From a virus, in the IMG/VR virus record IMGVR_UViG_3300030044_000011: DNA of 64,000 nucleotides. The stretch is one strand, 5' to 3'. A program made the position numbers and the translations under genes. This document shows positions 41,397 through 47,946 of this stretch, piece by piece (within the stretch, counting starts at the first letter, position 1; every line of letters begins with the position of its first letter). The notes beneath the pieces were generated by a model that saw only the letters and a list, made by a program, of their open reading frames with translations, had not been told where the DNA came from and did no database searches.

Positions 41397-41500
41397 TGCA
41401 ACAGGTGGGATTCGAACCCACGGCGTCCATAACAATCCGCCAGCGATATAGGCCCTTAACCATGAGACGTGGAATGCTCTACCAACTGAGCTACCATTGC
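41397..41500 (-). ncRNA. tRNA-like RNA with insertion in the anticodon region
   Basis: Canonical D arm and T arm; TCCA/TGGA enclose about 40 nt. Confidence 0.65.
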
Positions 41501-41600
41501 ACAAACTTGGTGGACGCAGGGGACTTGGCACCCCATCGCTCGGCGTTACCACTATGGACGCCCACATTTCAATTCCTTAAGCCGAGTTCCGGACTTAACT

Positions 41601-41679
41601 TGGTGGAGCTATGGGGACTCGAACCCCACTGGATTCCTCATTGCGAATGAGGTGAACACCCCCGGCATTCCCTAGCCCC
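41601..41679 (-). tRNA. tRNA-Ala(CGC)
   Basis: CCTCA-TTCGCAA-TGAGG; G3:U70; CCA. Confidence 0.9.
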
Positions 41680-41763
41680 AAACTTTCGGGAGGAGAGGTT
41701 CTACGCATCTCACACGTTGAGAGCAAATCCCCTCTATCTCCCTGCATCTGTCAGACTGTCGTG

Positions 41764-41831
41764 TAGACACGGAGAGATTCGAACTCTCATTTCCCCTCGA
41801 TAGGGGCGTCCTACCATTAGACGACGAGCCT
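41764..41831 (-). pseudogene. tRNA-like gene with shortened anticodon loop
   Basis: Glu/Gln-like D arm; CCCCT-ATCG-AGGGG; normal T arm. Confidence 0.6.
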
Positions 41832-42439
41832 CAGCCCGACAAACCCTTAACCCAAACACTTACCGAACTCTTTGCAACCCCGAGTAAAGCTGCGATTTGG
41901 GCTTTACAAATTCCTTGTTCAAACAACTCCTGCGCTTTCATTCGTTCAACCGCTTTTATATTTCTCAACCTTGCGGCGGCGGAGCCTATCGCTGATAATC
42001 CTCTTTGCTTTGCCATCTCCGATGACCCACGAGCGCCACTACGATTGAAATTGTTGCGAATCATATCCCGATAGTTAGCGTCTGTCTTCCAACGCTCCGC
42101 GCTGTTAGTCCTATTGGCCGCTCGAACCCTCCACCCTTGGTTGGGTTGCTGATTTATCCAGTCGAAGCCACCACTCCCACCTTGTCTCAGGTTGTAGCAC
42201 AAAGGGTCGGCTCGATACGTTTCAATCAGTTCGTATTCTTTAGCAAATGCCTCCCCTGAGTTGTCGAAGATGAAGCACACGTTCTTTATGAACGACTGCT
42301 CACCGTGCTTACGAATCGCCGCCTTCAGAACCTTACCTGACCCAAGGTACCCGTCGTACGGGTTCTTGGTTTTGTGGACGCCGAAGTAATACTTTCCGTT
42401 CACCAAATTCTGTGTTCGATACACTGTGTAAAATATCAT
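41831..42439 (-). CDS. GIY-YIG (Seg-like) homing endonuclease with C-terminal HTH
   Basis: Paralog of 9680..10318; KAQIAALLGVAKSSVSVW. Confidence 0.85.
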   Translation of the reverse strand: MIFYTVYRTQNLVNGKYYFGVHKTKNPYDGYLGSGKVLKAAIRKHGEQSFIKNVCFIFDNSGEAFAKEYELIETYRADPLCYNLRQGGSGGFDWINQQPNQGWRVRAANRTNSAERWKTDANYRDMIRNNFNRSGARGSSEMAKQRGLSAIGSAAARLRNIKAVERMKAQELFEQGICKAQIAALLGVAKSSVSVWVKGLSG

Positions 42440-42505
42440 GAACCTATCAGCCTCTCAGGTTTCTGAGGACTTAACCTCTACTAAAGAGGTTGATAGTCAC
42501 GAATG

Positions 42506-42578
42506 TGCGCCTTGTAGGAATCGAACCTACGGTCCCTTCCATGTCAAGGAAGTGCTCTAGCCGCTGAGCCAAAGGCGC
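42506..42578 (-). tRNA. tRNA-Val(GAC), CCA not encoded
   Basis: CTTCC-TTGACAT-GGAAG. Confidence 0.9.
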
Positions 42579-42652
42579 AAAACTAGTTAGCGGCTGCAAG
42601 CGCGTCCGTCCTGCATTTAATCCCTAAACCTGAGGGAACCACACTTTAAAGT

Positions 42653-42729
42653 TGGCGGGGACGACGGGGCTCGAACCCGCGACCTCTACCGTGACAGGGT
42701 AGCGTTCTAACCAACTGAACTACATCCCC
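42653..42729 (-). tRNA. tRNA-Asp(GTC)
   Basis: CTACC-CTGTCAC-GGTAG; G73; CCA. Confidence 0.95.
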
Positions 42730-42739
42730 AACTTCAAAC

Positions 42740-42814
42740 TGGCGGAGACGGCGAGGGTTGAACTCGTATATTCTTCCGTGACAGGGAAGCCCATTGCCAT
42801 TATGGTACGTCTCC
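42740..42814 (-). tRNA. tRNA-Asp(GTC)
   Basis: TTCC-CTGTCAC-GGAA; G73; CCA. Confidence 0.9.
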
Positions 42815-42908
42815 TCAAGGGTGTGTTCCGCAGCTTTTAGTTCTCACTGCAAGCCCTAAGCCCGTGCGCCTTTGTGCGGTACGACGTTAGGTGCTACCCT
42901 TTGAAACT

Positions 42909-42984
42909 TGGCGGGGCTGATGGGACTCTAACCCACGATAGACGGCTCGACAAGCCGCTGCATTAGACGCTATGCTACAACCCC
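42909..42984 (-). tRNA. tRNA-Asp(GTC)
   Basis: GCGGC-TTGTCGA-GCCGT; G73; CCA. Confidence 0.85.
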
Positions 42985-43178
42985 TTGGTGGACGTGTCGT
43001 GCCGCTTACGCTGTCATTTAACGACCGGGTACCTCATCTCTCTAATTACGAGTGTGCTGTTCAACTGCACACACCCATACGATTTGAGCTACCACAACAG
43101 TGTCGTTCAGTAGAGCCATTTGGCTGGATTGTTCATACCCGAAGGGAACTCTCCGGCATCACATCCTCTACTAAAATT

Positions 43179-43253
43179 TGGTGGACCTAGAGGGGATTGA
43201 ACCCTCGACTTCTTCCATGCCATGGAAGCACTCTCCCACTGAGTTACAGGCCC
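43179..43253 (-). tRNA. tRNA-Ala(GGC)
   Basis: CTTCC-ATGGCAT-GGAAG; G3:U70; CCA. Confidence 0.92.
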
Positions 43254-43261
43254 CTAAAACA

Positions 43262-43471
43262 TCAAAACCTTTTGCCACTGTTCAGCATATTTATCCTTTC
43301 TAATACCGAGGGCTCCGTCAACAGCAGACGTAAATTCTCATTCGGCTGTGTTGGCCTTTCCAACATTGCAACAAACTCTTGCCACTGCTCAGGACTGAGG
43401 CGAATGTTGTTCTCTTCACCAGCCAGTCGGGTATGAACGCTTCTCATGTCGGCATCGAAGTTAATCTTCAT
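43262..43471 (-). CDS. TacA/DUF1778-like antitoxin C-terminal domain protein (69 aa)
   Basis: AAAGGAG RBS; IRLSPEQWQEFVAMLERPTQPNENLRLLL. Confidence 0.75.
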   Translation of the reverse strand: MKINFDADMRSVHTRLAGEENNIRLSPEQWQEFVAMLERPTQPNENLRLLLTEPSVLERINMLNSGKRF

Positions 43472-43487
43472 CGCTCTCCTTTCAAAT

Positions 43488-43563
43488 TGGAGGCGATGAT
43501 GGGATTCGAACCCATGCATAACGGTTTTGCAGACCGCCGCGTTAACCACTTCGCCACATCGCC
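43488..43563 (-). tRNA. tRNA-Cys(GCA)
   Basis: CTGCAAA loop; U73; CCA. Confidence 0.95.
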
Positions 43564-43581
43564 TATAACACCAACAAAACT

Positions 43582-43655
43582 TGGAGCGGATAGTCAGATT
43601 TGAACTGACGGTGACAGGGTGGAAGCCTGTTGCCTTACCGCTTGGCTATACCCGC
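43582..43655 (-). tRNA. tRNA-Gly(TCC)
   Basis: ACAGG-CTTCCAC-CCTGT; U73; CCA. Confidence 0.93.
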
Positions 43656-43881
43656 TTTGAATCAGAGATATTTTCGTACCTCCAGTGGTCCGAATCGGTA
43701 GCTCTCATATGAGCTACATCCCCACATAAGAGAACTGTTCAATCGGAAGGTCTTTCCAAAAGACCAACTCCGCCACCAGAAATAGTACCTCCACATATCT
43801 CCTCAATTTCTCGACGCCTCTCCGCCGTGCCACACCACTTTAGTCCGCAGGACTCGGTAGGTGTCACCCCGCTTAAAACTC

Positions 43882-44277
43882 TGCACTAGACTTATAGCCG
43901 GAGTTCTGTCCAGAGGGTTACCCCTCCTGTACAATCATTCGTCTCGGCCAGCCGTTACCGTCTGGCTCTAGCCCCCAACCCGCCGATTCATAACGGTACG
44001 AGCAGTACCTGTCGGCCTATTTGAGGTTGCACCGCGTAGAGATTGCCCGTTTCACCCGAATTTAATCGGCTCGTCTCTGTTGCTCTAATCGTCACACTCA
44101 ACATCGGACGGGTTGTTCCCATAGGGTTGGTGGAAATCAACCAGACGTATAGCTGCGTCCCCTTACGCTACGTCCCCGAACAAGTGTGCTAGGGTGTTAC
44201 CCTATACGCTGCTCTGTGGTGCTCCGAACTTCCTCGAAGTGGTATTGCGCCACGTCGCGATTGTCCAGTCTAGTGCA
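43882..44277 (-). ncRNA. rnpB: RNase P RNA
   Basis: P1 TGCACTAGACT/AGTCTAGTGCA; GAGGAAGTTCGGAGC and ACAGAACTCCGGCTAT (P4); GCAACAGAGA, GGGTGAAACGG. Confidence 0.92.
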
Positions 44278-44304
44278 TACTTAATGAAACCGAGGCCGAA
44301 GCTG

Positions 44305-44649
44305 TTACTGTACTGCCGACGTGCGCTGTACTGCCACGCTACGAAGGTAAGCACGCATCTCGTCCGAGAACTCATTGAACATCTCACCCTTATCCAACCA
44401 GTGCAAAATGGTCTCCCAGTTCTCTTCCTCAGGCGTCCACTGACCCTCCAAGCCGTAGCAAGAGCAGTGACCGCCACTTACTGAGAACAGCTTCCCGTCC
44501 TTCTCGAACAGAACGAATGCCGAACCCGAATAGTCCTCGTAGCTATACACCGCTGCGTAGACCAACGCATCCTTCAATTCATCCTGACCAATATTGAACT
44601 GGTCGCATACATCCTCAACGCTGCCGAACCTATCTACAAATACTTCCAT
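44305..44649 (-). CDS. conserved phage hypothetical protein
   Basis: AAGGAG RBS; YEDYSG..GGHCSCYGLEGQW. Confidence 0.75.
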   Translation of the reverse strand: MEVFVDRFGSVEDVCDQFNIGQDELKDALVYAAVYSYEDYSGSAFVLFEKDGKLFSVSGGHCSCYGLEGQWTPEEENWETILHWLDKGEMFNEFSDEMRAYLRSVAVQRTSAVQ

Positions 44650-44718
44650 CGTTTTCTCCTTGTGGTACAAACCATCGAGAGAAACGGTGAGGTAATTGTT
44701 CGACCTCGGTTTCAAATT

Positions 44719-44797
44719 TGGTGGACCGTCAGAGATTTGAACTCTGCTGATATTCTGTGTGCAAGACAGATAAACACTCCTAGCATTTCCACGGCCC
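44719..44797 (-). tRNA. tRNA-Ala(TGC)
   Basis: TCTGT-CTTGCAC-ACAGA; G3:U70; CCA. Confidence 0.9.
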
Positions 44798-44934
44798 AAT
44801 ATTGTCAAACATCATGTAATCACCGGCTGGCCGGGATTAAAAATCTTGGTGGCTTTGGCTCACGCCGGGGCACCACCCGCGCCCCTCGAAGTAAACTTAC
44901 CCAGTCTTGTGGACTGGAGTCTTGCTCCAGAGCT

Positions 44935-45009
44935 TGGAGCGGCTGGTGGGATTCGAACCCACGACCTCTTCCTTGGCAAGGAAGCGTTCTACCACTGAAC
45001 TACAGCCGC
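44935..45009 (-). tRNA. tRNA-Gly(GCC)
   Basis: Canonical; TTGCCAA loop; CCA. Confidence 0.96.
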
Positions 45010-45039
45010 ATATACTTCAATACTGCAAAAACCAAAACT

Positions 45040-45115
45040 TGGTGCTCCAAGTGGGACTCGAACCCACGATAGTCTGCTTGTAGGGCAGATGATTTAGCCG
45101 CTAATCTACCGGAGC
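45040..45115 (-). tRNA. tRNA-Val(TAC)
   Basis: TCTGC-CCTACAA-GCAGA; CCA. Confidence 0.92.
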
Positions 45116-45127
45116 AATCTTTACTGC

Positions 45128-45159
45128 AAAAACGAAAGGCCAGCCTTTTCGGCTGGCCT
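45128..45159 (-). terminator. attenuator terminator upstream of the GNN/Cys array
   Basis: AGGCCAGCC-GAAAA-GGCTGGCCT-TTCGTTTTT. Confidence 0.9.
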
Positions 45160-45179
45160 CGGTTTCGATTTCAGACTGG

Positions 45180-45323
45180 TTAGTTAGTCTTAATCTCTCC
45201 CGAGGCCATGGTATCCTCTCCCGCGCAACCGGCTTCAGCGGCTGCGACAGCTACGACTACGCCCACGACGCCAGTGTTCGGTGCGTCCATGGTGTTAATC
45301 GAAATGTTGGTACGGATAGTCAT
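45180..45323 (-). CDS. leader peptide MTIRTNISINTMDAPNTGVVGVVVAVAAAEAGCAGEDTMASGEIKTN
   Basis: AAGGA RBS; promoter TTGCAC-18-TATTAT at 45344-45373; overlaps antiterminator. Confidence 0.85.
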   Translation of the reverse strand: MTIRTNISINTMDAPNTGVVGVVVAVAAAEAGCAGEDTMASGEIKTN

Positions 45324-45402
45324 GGTGTTTGTCCTTCTGTTACATAATACGCAGAAAGTTGAAATTTGTGCAAGCTGTTTTTCATTTATTTTCACAGCTT
45401 AT

Positions 45403-45434
45403 GTTTCAACCCACGCACCTGTACAAGGTGAAAT
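45403..45434 (-). repeat. solitary type I-C CRISPR-repeat-like unit
   Basis: ATTTCACCTTGTACAGGTGCGTGGGTTGAAAC (32 nt, hairpin plus TTGAAAC end); single copy. Confidence 0.5.
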
Positions 45435-46216
45435 TCCTCGGTGTGCTGCCTGTGTTGCACCACCCAAACTCGGCTTGACGTTAGTCTGGAACCGGACCAT
45501 CGAACCCGGTATCTCCGAGGAACCCATAAACTGAGAGTACCACCACCCCGTTGTGGAAATCAACCCCCATGTGCCTTACGATAACCATCGGCTATCGAAT
45601 TCAACAATGAAATGGATTGGCCTTTTGTCTCCACTTTCACTTTCCGGGTTCGAGGTTCCCGCCTGCAAACGATACTTCACCCTCGAATACCCCGCCAGTT
45701 GCTTCCCAAGAAGTATCACCTCATTCATAATACACAATTCAGAGGTGCTAACACAACCAAATTTGAAAACTCCCGAGGGAGGGACGGTTCAGTCAGGTTT
45801 ATCTGTGCCGTCCAATCCTTCCCGAAACCCTTGCGGGTTTGCGTACCTGACGAATTAAATCCATAGTACACCAACGAGGAAGAAACCGCAACTACCTGCC
45901 ATTTTTGATGACGTTTATCCATCCCTGTGTTTGCTCACTTACAGTAGGTGTGGGTTTTACCGTCTTGCGGGTTCGAGGCTTGGAAGTCTCGAACCGCTCG
46001 GTCTCCGCAGCGTACCGCACTAGAGCTTGCCGCAGATTCATAGCAGCCTCGTAACCCTCCAGTGCAGACTCACAGCCTTGGCACCGCCCTATAATGGCAC
46101 CACGGCCATGTGCAGGGTTGTAGCGTGGGTGCTTGGGACACCGCAGTGTCAGTTTGCTCTTGGATACAGTCTTCAGCCGCAGCTTGGTGGCGTCGTCAAA
46201 GCAGAACTTCAACATG

Positions 46217-46861
46217 TCATCTCTCCTGTTGTTTGCAGTCGCAGTCTTCTTCGCAGGGTTCCATACTCAGTTGATACGCATCAATGGACTCCCGCACATC
46301 TTGTGTTCCCCAACAAATGTAGCTATGGGCTCCATTACCCAAGTGATGCCCCTCTTTGGCGAATAGCTCATACTCACCAGCACCAAGGTCCACCAGCGTG
46401 AACCCATACTTCATCGCCAGTTCAATAATCGTCAACTCGACCGGCGGACGCTTTGTGGTCGTCTTGGGTGTTGTCGGCTCCAGTGGAAAGTCAGCACCCC
46501 AAGCGAAAATCTGCTTGTACTTGCCGGGGTAGCGGCGATAGCGGGGGTGGTTCCGCATCTTGTCGTGGTCTACCCCACGAGTGTGGGCTAATTCGTGAGC
46601 AATGACAAAAGCAAAGTCCACCTTATCCGGGTTGTGTTTGCTTACCCGAACACACATGGAGTTTGACCGAAGCGTGGCGTACCCTGAGCTACTACCAGTA
46701 CTATTGCGGGTGTATACTACCCGCACATGAAGAGCCGGGGCTCCCCGTTTACACAAGTCAGGCCGCTCATCCTTTGCCACATGTGCGATGAAGGCTTTGA
46801 TATGGTCTGACCGCCAATGCGTTTTGTTGTTCAGTTCGATTCGCATGTCTTTATTATACAC
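46217..46861 (-). CDS. zincin metallopeptidase-like protein
   Basis: HELAH..G..H. Confidence 0.65.
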   Translation of the reverse strand: MYNKDMRIELNNKTHWRSDHIKAFIAHVAKDERPDLCKRGAPALHVRVVYTRNSTGSSSGYATLRSNSMCVRVSKHNPDKVDFAFVIAHELAHTRGVDHDKMRNHPRYRRYPGKYKQIFAWGADFPLEPTTPKTTTKRPPVELTIIELAMKYGFTLVDLGAGEYELFAKEGHHLGNGAHSYICWGTQDVRESIDAYQLSMEPCEEDCDCKQQER

Positions 46862-47006
46862 CCACAGGTGCCTTAAACCTCTGATTATACACGTTTTAAG
46901 GTAATGTTTATCGAACTCACCAACGTAAACCCTTTATTTTCAACAAAAAATTTTATCAAATTTTCCTCTTGACACGCTATTTTCCATTTTCGGTTATTAT
47001 GACTGT

Positions 47007-47396
47007 ATGAACACTAAATCGTCCCGCGAAGAGCGGTTTGCAGCTTGGACAGAGGAAATGATGAAGGCCGAGGCAACTGTCACGGCTGTGGTCAAAACGG
47101 TTGTAGACAAATACGACCCAGAACAGCTTTTGAAGATCGGTTGTCCTTCGGACGAGTATGATTCGGTATGTTCCATCATCGCGGGTGCGATTGTGCGGGA
47201 GGGGATGCATCAAATAACAAAGCAGGAGTTGGGAAACCTTATTGCCTTTGCATGGCAATATGAGTTCGGTCCATGGACAACACCTGTTCGTTATTACTCC
47301 GTGTTTTACACGATAGCCGAGGAGATTCACCCGTTGATTCCAGAGTATGACCTAAGAATCAACTCTCAGGTTCAGACTCTTCCATCTCCAGAATAA
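47007..47396 (+). CDS. hypothetical protein (DUF1871-like)
   Basis: YDPEQLLKIGCPSDEYD; upstream TTGACA..TATTAT promoter. Confidence 0.6.
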   Translation: MNTKSSREERFAAWTEEMMKAEATVTAVVKTVVDKYDPEQLLKIGCPSDEYDSVCSIIAGAIVREGMHQITKQELGNLIAFAWQYEFGPWTTPVRYYSVFYTIAEEIHPLIPEYDLRINSQVQTLPSPE

Positions 47397-47946
47397 TCTC
47401 AGTTTCATCCAAGCGGAGTCTTAGATAATCCTCATTGCATTGTTTTGCAAGGACACCAACACCCTCCACCATACCAAATTCGTGTGCTGAGATAAGAACT
47501 TCTCCACCAAATCGGTGAACAAAAACTGCGAGAAGTTGAAGTAATACCTCTTCTCGCAGTTCCTGTGGATTGACAATCTCAAAGCCGGGGTCACTCATCA
47601 CGTAAACCTCTTGATGCTAAAGGGTCAGAAAGTTCAAGCGATGATTTTCTTAAGGCTACCTGCCGCCTGAGCTACACGGGCTGTCTCGCTTGGTGAAGCA
47701 ACGATAAGGGGAGATATTTCAACCTCAACAAGAGCAATCTGATTACGTGGAAGAAGGGTGAATTTACCCCCCTCCTTCTTCAACATACCCACTTGAGAAT
47801 ATTGACCCATCATCTGATTGATGGCTGCTTCAGCCGCGTCAGCAGGACATTTAATGTCCTGCTCAACCACGGAGCCATCAAGTTTGGTTATAACGAAGTG
47901 TAGATTAGTTTCCATTCAATCCTCACTGGTTAATACTGGTTTTTAG

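Noticed and set aside
41508-41679. tmRNA suggested by Ala-type 3' ends
   Set aside because: 41601-41679 is a complete tRNA-Ala(CGC); no tag reading frame or tmRNA-length body was found
39409-45072. Many short ORFs in the track overlapping tRNAs and rnpB
   Set aside because: They are translations of RNA genes
45403-45434. CRISPR array
   Set aside because: Only one repeat-like unit, with no spacers or cas genes
45771-45851. c-di-GMP-I riboswitch
   Set aside because: Only GCAAA and a GNRA hairpin match; the P1/P2 consensus is absent
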